Assembly: GCA_965219955.1 (NCBI GenBank)
Contig: OZ244799.1
Span: 1,760,001-1,824,000, forward strand
Source: a bacterium
GTDB lineage: Bacteria; UBA8248
Length of the DNA stretch: 64,000 nucleotides
Reading direction: 5' to 3'
Position numbers and translations under genes: made by a program. The number at the start of each line of letters is the position of its first letter. Position 1 is the first letter of the stretch. The notes beneath the pieces were generated by a model. The model saw only the letters and a list, made by a program, of their open reading frames with translations. It ran no database searches and was not told the origin of the DNA. Shown piece by piece: positions 9,938 to 18,209 of this stretch.

Positions 9938-11460
9938 CCGGACTGTTGGAAAAGTTCTGTCCGCCCTTCCAGATTGTTAGCCGTAGGGACAGGCCTCCGT
10001 GCCTGTCCGGGGAAACTACGGGAGTAGACATCCCCCATACGGGCGGGCACGGAGGCCCGCCCCTACGTCTCGAGCCCGATTGATGAGGGTTTTTCAACAG
10101 CCCCGAGGTGAACAGGTTTACGCTTTTGTAGGGGCGGCTCGCGAGCCGCCCGTGTTCTTCTGAAGACGGATGGGGCGTTCCGGCGAAATATGCAGCAACC
10201 GCCGCCTTTCCCCTCGCCTTCTCGCCTGATTCCACCAGAAAGCCTCCTCTCCCCGGGGCGGTCGATCCCGGTCGATCGAGCAGCGATCGCCGTTTCCCCG
10301 CTTCGCGCGCACGATATCCGATCCGTCGTTTCAGGGGGTACGCCAAATGCGGGGAAATGCGCGGCGAACGCGGCGGATGCGGGGGGCGGGACAAATATAT
10401 TCCCGGATCGCCAGGGCGTAACCGCAGCGGACAGGCCCCTGTGCCTGTCCGAGGCCCCCGCGCCTGTCCGGGGACCGAGAAAAACCAACCCCCCCTGCCC
10501 CCCCTTGAAAGGGGAATAAAAAAGAAAAAAAACCCATGATAAGGGAGTGTTGAAAAGCATTGATTTCATAATTCCCCATATTTTCCCATACGAAGCCGAC
10601 CGGGAAAGGGGTGCCGTAGGGACAGGCCCCCGCGCCTGTCCGAGGCCTCCGTGCCTGTCCGGGGTCGCGGCCTGTCCGCCACGCAACGGGATTCTATTCC
10701 CGCATCTGCAGGGACAGGCCCCTGCGCCTGTCCGGGGAGCGAGAAAAACCACCCCCCTACCCCCCCTTGACAGGGGAATAAAAAAGAAAAAAACTCCCTG
10801 ATAAGGGGATGTTGAAAAGCATTGATTTCATAATTCCCCATATTTTCCCGTACGAAGCCGACCGGGAAAGGGGTGCTGTAGGGACAGGCCCCCGCGCCTG
10901 TCCGGGGACCGAGAAAAACCAACCCCCCCCTACCCCCCTTGAAAGGGGGGTTGAAAAAACCCCGTAGAGCAATTTTGGTTGAGTGCAAGTTTTTGAATTT
11001 CACTCTCCCCTTGAGGGGGAGTCAGTGAAGCCGAGCGGTTTGTGCGAAGGCTGAACTGGTGGGGGGTAAAATGCGTTTTATCGCCACTCCGGGTTATACC
11101 CCCCACCGGCGCGACTTCGGGCTTCGCCCTCGCCTTGCCGACTCCCCCTCAAGGGGTTGTTGAAAAACCCTGTTTCGGGGTCGGCGGCATGGAGGTTCAC
11201 GCGGCGCAGGCGCGATGGTTTTGTAGGGACAGGCCTCCGTGCCTGTCCTCACGAAGGACAACCACGAAAGGCAGGACAGGCACGGAGGCCACGGACAGGC
11301 GCAGGAGCCTGTCCGCTACGGGCGAATGCGGTTTTGATAGTCATTCCGGCAATCAATACCGACCGGGGAGGGGTTTTTCAACAGCCCCGTCAAGGGGGGG
11401 TAGGGGGGGCAGGACAGCCCCGAGGGAGGGGCTGTCCTTTATCCCCTGCCAAGGGGGGTT
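9938..11460. repeat. Large repeat-filled intergenic region (REPs, MITEs, ~240 bp tandem duplication)
   Basis: Many GGACAGG..CCTGTCC palindromes, CCCCCTACCCCCCTTG-type palindromes and GTTGAAAAA/TTTTTCAAC termini; duplicated block 10450-10950. Confidence 0.85.
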
Positions 11461-11661
11461 CGTGCGGAAACACGCAAAAGAGGCGGCCCCCTTCACGGGA
11501 CCGCCTCCTTGAATCCATCCTGCCCGGAGTTGCCAAACCCCGGGAAACCAGCTATAGAAGCAGCTGGGGGTCGGTTCCGCCCGAAGAGGAAGGAATCGAC
11601 GCGACCAATGCGGGAGCGTTTGATTTATTCCCTCCTACAACCAACATAATATAAGGCTAGC

Positions 11662-11769
11662 TGGGGGTTACTCATTATTCCCGTCCCAAACCGAGAGGAC
11701 TCAAACTCTGTAGCATGGGCCGGTACAATTTGCTCCCGACGATGTAGAGCAACCAATGAGTAACCCCCA
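11662..11769. ncRNA. Candidate structured RNA closed by a perfect 15-bp stem
   Basis: TGGGGGTTACTCATT (11662-11676) pairs with AATGAGTAACCCCCA (11755-11769); TTGCCA-N17-TATAGA at 11530-11558 on + strand. Confidence 0.35.
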
Positions 11770-11881
11770 AAGGTCACGCGTCCCTTCCCGGCAACCTGCC
11801 CTTTCCTGTTTCTGACTTGCTTATCAGGCCCGCCCCGGCCCCGGGGGCCAGCCAGCCCCGAGGCCAAAAGCGTCTTGTCCG

Positions 11882-13546
11882 TTACCTGTGCGCTCCGAAC
11901 GCCCCGATGAAGGCGGCGTCTCCTCCAGTCCCGGTCAGCTTGTTAACGTAAAACGTCCCGGCAACAGAGCCCGGGAGTCCAGGCGTATATGAAATTGCTT
12001 GTGTGTCTGCAGCACCATCAACAACCACCCTTGGAGCTTCAACCCTTTTGTCTCTTCTCATTCCAAAAAACTGGCCCTTCCAAGCGCCATTGTAGGCATT
12101 TCCTTCAACCACGCCCGCAGCGGTGCCGCCCGTAAACGCAGCTGTCAGATCATCGGTTAGAGCCTGTTCCTGCAATTCAATGCTCCCGTCAATGCGTATT
12201 CCGCCAGCTGTTATGTTCGTGACGTTACCCCCGATTTTACCCGAGCCCGTTCCACCTGCATCCTGGAACTCGGCCGTGAGCGAAACGTCCGCCTTCAAAA
12301 AACTGGCCTTCCCGTCCGCTAGGTACGCGCCGTTCGCATTCCCTCGATACGTGTAGCTCTTGTCCGTATCATCGGCGAGCACCGTGCTGATCAAATTTAA
12401 CCCTGAAGTCGCCGAACAACTCCTGTCGAGCGAAGTGGAGTCGGTCACATCTGTGGCGCTGCAGAAGTTATGCGTAGCCACAATCGGCTGATTCCCATAC
12501 GCAAAGGCTTGAATCGAAGGGGTGGCGCCTGAGTCATCAAGCCAGATTCCGGCCAGCAAGTAATCGGGGTCGTCTTGATATACGTATCTCTCATCGGCGG
12601 GGGTATCGGGAGTATTGTCTACGAGTTGCCCGGCCGCAATGCCGGCTCTCACCCGGCTGGATACCGCAATATCCGTATAGGCATTGGCGAAGCGGCCATT
12701 ACCGTCTTTCAGGTCGAAACCCTGATGGAGACGTCCGGGGTTAGTGATTCTGCCCGTTTTACTGTGCGACGGAACTGCCGTTCCTTCGACCGTTATCGTA
12801 ACCGCCAGGACTCCTCTGTCTGTATTTGCGGGTATCGGATAAACCGTTCCATCCCCACTCGTATGGTACGGATAAGTGGCCTGGTTGGCGCCTGACGCCG
12901 TCCCGATGTTTCCATTGGGAATGGAAGCATCGGTCAATGGCAGGAGAGCATCGTATACTTTCCTGTTGTCCCTCACATGCTTGATGAGCGAGGACCCGCC
13001 CGTCTGGGCGGCCTCGTCCGCCTCCCGTTGTCTACGAGCTTCCGCAACCGCATTAACGGCGTTCAGGATGGACGTCACAGCCGATTGCGCGGTTATCAGG
13101 TCACCACGCGCCGTCCTCGCGTCATTCAGAGCCCGCTCCGCCTGCGCAGGCGTGGTGGCCACGTTCGCCACGCCGCTCGCGGTTAAGATACCCGCCAGGG
13201 CGTCTTCCGCGGCTGCGACATTCGCGTTCGCGTTTGCTACCTGTGTAGCCGTTGCGTCGTCGTGGGCCCGCACCGCCGCCGCCGCTGAGCGCGCCGCCTG
13301 CACCCGCGTCCGGGCGTCTGTGACGATGTCGTCGAGATCATCCTGCGCTTCGGCGATCAATTCCGCATCCGTCGGTGGCGGATCCGTGCAGTTCGGGTAT
13401 GTCCCGACCTGACCCTGCGGGCATTCCATCACAGGCGTCTCTTCTTCCATGGCGCTGCCACCGCCACCGCCGCCGCAACCGGAGGCAAATGCCGCAATGC
13501 TTACAGCAAATACCACCAAACCCAAATACCTGAGCATTCTCATCAT
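11882..13546 (-). CDS. Surface lipoprotein, TbpB-like C-terminal beta-barrel (Slam-substrate-like)
   Basis: Lipobox FASG-C then poly-Gly; Ala-rich helical stalk; C-terminal G.W.GQFFG...VAGTF...FIGAFGA. Confidence 0.75.
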   Translation of the reverse strand: MMRMLRYLGLVVFAVSIAAFASGCGGGGGGSAMEEETPVMECPQGQVGTYPNCTDPPPTDAELIAEAQDDLDDIVTDARTRVQAARSAAAAVRAHDDATATQVANANANVAAAEDALAGILTASGVANVATTPAQAERALNDARTARGDLITAQSAVTSILNAVNAVAEARRQREADEAAQTGGSSLIKHVRDNRKVYDALLPLTDASIPNGNIGTASGANQATYPYHTSGDGTVYPIPANTDRGVLAVTITVEGTAVPSHSKTGRITNPGRLHQGFDLKDGNGRFANAYTDIAVSSRVRAGIAAGQLVDNTPDTPADERYVYQDDPDYLLAGIWLDDSGATPSIQAFAYGNQPIVATHNFCSATDVTDSTSLDRSCSATSGLNLISTVLADDTDKSYTYRGNANGAYLADGKASFLKADVSLTAEFQDAGGTGSGKIGGNVTNITAGGIRIDGSIELQEQALTDDLTAAFTGGTAAGVVEGNAYNGAWKGQFFGMRRDKRVEAPRVVVDGAADTQAISYTPGLPGSVAGTFYVNKLTGTGGDAAFIGAFGAHR

Positions 13547-13726
13547 TTGCCCCCTAAGGCTGTCCCCCCTCCTGAAACGGAAGGGGGCGGGCGGTTAAAA
13601 CTTGGTTTCCATGTACCGCTTGCTCGCGCCGGTGCGCCGATGCGTCCTGCTCATTTCATCCCCCGGCCCCGGGCGTCATGCCGACGCCCGGGGTCAAGAG
13701 GTGTGCTGTCTTCCCTGTTACTTCTG

Positions 13727-15430
13727 TTACTCGGCCTTCCACGAACCGAACGCGCCAATCAGGCTCATCTTGCCATCCTGGGTGGACGCGCCGAAGGTGC
13801 CGGCTGCGGTCGTCGGGAACGTGGCTGCTACTACGCTCGCGGACGCGCCTGTCCGGGCGGCTGGACCGTATACCTGGCCTCCATACGTGCCACGGAAACC
13901 GTTTCCGCCGAGAACGCCGTCCGTCATGCCTGAGAACGTTCCTTCAGCAGCGATGTCGCCTCTCATCAGCCCCAGGGTGCCGTCAACAGCCTGGCCGGCG
14001 GCCCTGATGTTCGAAATGCTCCCCGAAATCTTCCCACCTACATTCGTTGCTCCGCCGAAGTCGGCCTCGAGCGTGGCGTCTGCGTCGAAGTACTGAACCA
14101 TTCCGCCCGCGGAGTACAGGCCGTTCGCGACGCCGTTATACGTGGCCGTACCCGAGAGTGCTGGTACAACAGCGAATACCTGGCTGCCGTAAGCGAATGC
14201 ACCTGCCTGGGCGTCTAAATTAGTGGGAGCGGGATCCGGGATGGAGTCTCTGATGGAAGCTTGTACCCACATGCCCCAGGCCAGGTAGTCTCCGTCCACA
14301 TCATCTTCTGTCGTCTTCGCATGCGAGATCTTGTAGCCTGAAACCGTTGTAACCTTGCCGTCTTCATCCACGCTGATGGCGCAACCGGCAGTGACGGCTG
14401 AAGGGCAGTAAATCTCGCCTGACCGGGGCGCGTTGTTATCAGTGGGAACTGCGTTGTAGGAAGCTACGAAGTCGCTCCCGTCATTCGGAACATCCCCTGT
14501 GATAACACTGTTGACGGAAATGTCAGCGTCACCCGCATCCTGTGTGTAAGTATCCTTTTTCGTCGTTGCTTGAATGTCCGTGCTGACGACGAGCTGAGCT
14601 TTTACTTCGTTAGCGGTTACTACGCGCAGCAGATCCTGACCTTCCCAGTTTCCCTTGGTATGGAAGCGTGAAGGTGTTTCACCCTGCAGTAAAGGGTTTC
14701 CAGAGCCATGTTCGAGCGTAAATGTGGAACCGCCCGCCTTGTGCACGACTACTGCCGTGCCTGATGTTCCATTTATCGTAACCTGAGTGTCTGTGCCGCT
14801 CATACCGCCCTGGTTCGTAAAACCATCAGCAAAAGCAGCAGCATTATCTGCGGCATCCGTTATTGCGGCGCCCACGTTTTTCGCATTGTTAACTTCCTTG
14901 GGCACGTCCGTACCGTCCAGCGTGGCATTATCGATGTCGTCGCCGTTGAGCCTCTTGTTCGACAGCATGATGAGCCCGAGGCCAGTCGTGCCGGCCGCAT
15001 CCTCTGCCTTGCCCTGGGCCGTCTCGGCCGCCATCTGGTGTCCCATGGCGTCCGCGGAAGTCGTTGCCGCCTGCGCAGCCGTGTTGGCTTCAGCAGCCAT
15101 TTTCGCGTATCCGTATGCGTTGCTGGCCGCCACGGGGTCCACCGCGCCGCCCACTGCCGCCATCGCCGCCGTAGCCGCCGCTGCCGCTGCGCTCTGCGCG
15201 CCGCTCAGGGCCATCTCTTCGGCAAGATCCGCAGCGGAGGTGCAAGAACCGTCCGCGTTATACCGGCCGCCGTCACCCTCGCACATTTCCTGCGCGGTGG
15301 GTTCCGGCATGGCGGGCGGTTCCTCTTCCACGGCAGCCGATCCGCCGCCGCCGCCGCAACCCGCCAGCGTCAGCGCGAAGGCGGCCGCCAGCATGAATGA
15401 AAAGATTTTGTTGCTGGTGAGTTTCATCAC
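13727..15430 (-). CDS. Surface lipoprotein, TbpB-like C-terminal beta-barrel, paralog
   Basis: Lipobox LAG-C then poly-Gly; Ala-rich stalk; shares DYL..G.W, AFAYG.Q, TY.G.ANG.Y and GAFG with the neighbour; RBS AGGAGG. Confidence 0.75.
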   Translation of the reverse strand: MMKLTSNKIFSFMLAAAFALTLAGCGGGGGSAAVEEEPPAMPEPTAQEMCEGDGGRYNADGSCTSAADLAEEMALSGAQSAAAAAATAAMAAVGGAVDPVAASNAYGYAKMAAEANTAAQAATTSADAMGHQMAAETAQGKAEDAAGTTGLGLIMLSNKRLNGDDIDNATLDGTDVPKEVNNAKNVGAAITDAADNAAAFADGFTNQGGMSGTDTQVTINGTSGTAVVVHKAGGSTFTLEHGSGNPLLQGETPSRFHTKGNWEGQDLLRVVTANEVKAQLVVSTDIQATTKKDTYTQDAGDADISVNSVITGDVPNDGSDFVASYNAVPTDNNAPRSGEIYCPSAVTAGCAISVDEDGKVTTVSGYKISHAKTTEDDVDGDYLAWGMWVQASIRDSIPDPAPTNLDAQAGAFAYGSQVFAVVPALSGTATYNGVANGLYSAGGMVQYFDADATLEADFGGATNVGGKISGSISNIRAAGQAVDGTLGLMRGDIAAEGTFSGMTDGVLGGNGFRGTYGGQVYGPAARTGASASVVAATFPTTAAGTFGASTQDGKMSLIGAFGSWKAE

Positions 15431-15649
15431 TTTGAGTCCTCCTAGTCTCGTGACATTAAAGAGCTTTGCAACAGAAAAAACCTGAAGTGTCTGGATTTGA
15501 CCTCCTTTCTTTGACTTTCCGATATTTCTTGTCCTATCCGTTATCGGGCTTCTATCGTTTATCGGGCTTATGCCGTTTCATCGAGCCTGGGGCCTGAGCG
15601 CGCGGCCGCCGGCCCGGACTCCCGCGTCCGGGCCGGTAGCCGGCTTATC

Positions 15650-16175
15650 CACGAGACTGGTGTGGGATTCTTGGCGCTCATCATGATGGTTAGAGTCCTC
15701 CAGCCCCGTGCTATGAAAACTTCCCAGGTTCCAGCGAATCTTTCAGCCTCCTTTTTTCAGGCGCCTCCGGGGGTTCCGCGTTCCCGGAAGCCCCGGCGCC
15801 ACGGCCACGGCTAGCTAAAGAAAGCGCCGGGCCGATCCTTGGATTCGGTTCACGAGGCTGGAGAGGGATTTGTGGCGCGGTGCTTCCTGGGTTGAGTCCT
15901 CTGGCCTCGTGATATCTGCTGCTCACCCGGCTCCCGCCGGGCTTTTCGTCTTTCTTCGGGACCGGAGCCGCCGCTTGTACGAACGGGAGAATCCGGGCCT
16001 TTACCTGATTCGGTTCACGAGACTGGAGAGGGATTTGTGGCGTGGTTCATCATGAGTTGAGTCCTCTAGCCTCGTGATAGTTCATCTTCCGGCTTCCGCC
16101 GGGCCTTACGCTTCACGAGACTGGAGGGGGGATTCGCGGCGTGGTTCGCCTCGGGTTGAGTCCTCTGGCCTCGTG
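15650..16175 (-). repeat. Array of four 61-62 bp imperfect palindromic repeats
   Basis: Units at 15650-15710, 15851-15911, 16016-16076 and 16114-16175; + strand consensus CACGAG(A/G)CTGG..GGGATT..GGCG..GAGTCCTC..GCC(T/C)CGTG. Confidence 0.9.
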
Positions 16176-16362
16176 ATGTTTGCTGCTGAAGCCCGGCGTC
16201 TTTCTGGTTTCTGGGTCGTCGTCTTCCGGGCTTCGCCGAGCCGTCTCGGAGAGCGTTGTTCAGCCGCCGGGTTCCCGCCTCATCCGGCCATCGCGGCGTG
16301 ATCCGCGTTGCGTTGAGCGGGCGGCCCTGTAAGCAACTGCTCTCGTGTATTACTCGGCATTT

Positions 16363-16395
16363 ATGATAGTGCGGTAAATATTCCGCTTTTGTCAA
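16363..16395 (-). promoter_or_regulatory. Sigma70-like promoter with an operator-like palindrome in the spacer
   Basis: TTGACA (16395-16390); CACTAT at 18 bp or TATCAT at 21 bp; GCGGTAAATATTCCGC at 16371-16386. Confidence 0.5.
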
Positions 16396-16498
16396 CCCTT
16401 TAATTGAACTTGCGCGCAACTCTTGTGCAGGCGTCCATCGCGCGAGTATGACCGAACCCGCGCGGGTTATCAAACGGGAGGGGGGAATGGGCGTTTGA

Positions 16499-17063
16499 GG
16501 GGGGTGTTGAAAAGCCCTGACCTGCCCCCGCAAACCGCCAACGCCTCATTCCTCACCCTGAGTAGCCGCCAAAGGCGGCGTATCGAAGGGCGAGGAGAGT
16601 CGAACGCCTCGCGCCGGGTGAGAGCAAACACTCATTCATCAATCGCGTTTGACCTTCGATACGGCGCTTTCGCGCCTACTCAGGATGAGGAGTGTCGGGG
16701 AACGGCGGAGCCTGTCCCGAGCGAAGTCGAGGGAGCCTGTCCCGAGCGAAGTCGAGGGACCGCTACTCAGGATGAGGCGGTGTGGTTTTGTTCGCAATCC
16801 CGTTGCCGTCATTCCGGCGAAAGCCGGAATCCATTTTCGCCTTTGTCTTTGGCCTTTCGCCCGGCCGTCCTCTCTCCCGGCCGGGGAAGATACGGACGTC
16901 GCCATGTATATCCGCCTCATCCGTTCCGGATTCGGGCGCGGCGCTCCCTACCGCGAGTCAGAATCAAATGCGAAAACGAAAGCAAAAATCATAAAATGGA
17001 TTCCGGCTTTCGCCGGAATGACGGCGGTGGTCAATAACGAGTGAGGGGGACTTTTTCCACCCC
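16499..17063. mobile_element. Composite MITE carrying nested REP-like units
   Basis: GGGG.GTTGAAAA-type termini; contains CTCA(C/T)CCTGAGTAG, CCTGTCCCGAGCGAAGTCGAGG x2 and a CGTCATTCCGGCGAAAGCCGGAATCCA pair; related inverted copy at 61289-61735. Confidence 0.75.
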
Positions 17064-17237
17064 TCCCCCGTCCCGCTCGACCCCATTTTCACGGATTCGT
17101 CATAAACCCCGCCTACCCCCCTTCCCGCCGTTGTTGTAAGATGTCTCTCCCGGCCTTTAGGACGGCGCGGGACTTGTACCCGCATTTGTATGCCGCCGCA
17201 CCGAAGGCCGGGGCTTCATGGATTGGGAGATACCCAG

Positions 17238-18209
17238 ATGGCCTCCCCGCCGGAGCTTCCCGAACGCCTCCTGGTCGCCGTGGGCGGCAACGCGACCCAC
17301 CCGCCCGAGATACGCGGCACGGCCGCCGAACAGGCCGCCATCGCCGCCGCCACGGGCCGCGCGCTGCTCCCGCTCTTGCAGCTAAAAAACGAACTCATCA
17401 TCACGCACGGGAACGGCCCCGTGGTCGGCAAGATCCTCATGCGCCAGGCCGTCTCGAGCGAGCAGGTGACGCCGATGACGCTCGACATCTGCGTCGCCCA
17501 CAGCCAGGGGGGCATCGCCTACCTCCTCATGCAGGCGTTCGAGAACGCGCTCAGGCGCGCGGGCGACCCGCGCCACGTGGTCTGCCTCCTGACGCAGGTG
17601 GAGGTCGACCCGGCGGACCCGGCCTTCGACGCGCCGACCAAGTTCGTGGGCTACACCTACACCGAAGAAGAGGCGAGGCGGTATGAGCGCGAGATGGGCT
17701 GGACTTTCAAGCGAGACGGCGGCCGGGGCTGGCGCCACGTCGTCGCGTCGCCAAAGCCCAAGCACATCGTGGACATCTCGCTCATCGAGACGATCGCCAA
17801 GAGCGGTGCGGTCGTGATAGCGGGCGGCGGCGGGGGCATCCCCGTCGTGAGGGAGGCCGACGGGGCGCGCCGGGGGCTGGCCGCCGTCATCGACAAGGAT
17901 TTGACGTCGGCGCTCATGGCGAACGTGCTGGAGATCAAGACGATGATGATCCTGACCGCCGTGCCCCGGGTGGCCGTCCACTTCGGGACGCCCGAGCAAA
18001 GAGAGCTGACGCGCGTCTCCCTCGACGAGATCAAGAGATACCACGCCCAGGGCCACTTCCCGCCCGGCAGTATGGGCCCCAAGATAGAGGCGGCGATCCG
18101 CTTCCTCGAGGGCGGCGGCGAGCGGGTGCACATCGCAGCACTCGAGGACGCCGTCCCCGCCCTGAGGGGGGACGCGGGGACGTGTGTGTATAGGGTCAAA
18201 CGCGATTGA
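17238..18209 (+). CDS. arcC: Carbamate kinase
   Basis: VAVGGNA, THGNGP.VG, SQG.I.Y, PTKFVG, VV.SP.P, GGGGIPV, VIDKD and GSMGPK. Confidence 0.93.
   Translation: MASPPELPERLLVAVGGNATHPPEIRGTAAEQAAIAAATGRALLPLLQLKNELIITHGNGPVVGKILMRQAVSSEQVTPMTLDICVAHSQGGIAYLLMQAFENALRRAGDPRHVVCLLTQVEVDPADPAFDAPTKFVGYTYTEEEARRYEREMGWTFKRDGGRGWRHVVASPKPKHIVDISLIETIAKSGAVVIAGGGGGIPVVREADGARRGLAAVIDKDLTSALMANVLEIKTMMILTAVPRVAVHFGTPEQRELTRVSLDEIKRYHAQGHFPPGSMGPKIEAAIRFLEGGGERVHIAALEDAVPALRGDAGTCVYRVKRD

Noticed and set aside
8481-11654. ORFs containing 'VGTGLRACP', 'DRHGGLSL' or 'WIPAFAGMT' (also at 16.6, 28.7, 47.3 and 59.9 kb)
   Set aside because: These are translations of REP/MITE repeats, not proteins.
11662-11769. 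Retron msr-msd
   Set aside because: The closing inverted repeat is suggestive, but there is no reverse transcriptase in the window.
11833-11870. Intrinsic terminator after the lipoprotein genes
   Set aside because: A GC hairpin is present but has no 3' U-tract on either strand.
11882-15430. DGR target genes
   Set aside because: No reverse transcriptase, and no TR/VR pair differing only at adenines was seen.
15650-16175. CRISPR array
   Set aside because: Repeats are 61-62 bp and degenerate, spacers range from 37 to 140 bp, and no cas genes are in the window.
15650-16175. Integron attC sites or tRNA genes
   Set aside because: No RYYYAAC..GTTRRRY boxes at the ends and no integrase. GTTGAGTCC resembles a T-loop, but no cloverleaf or CCA can be drawn.
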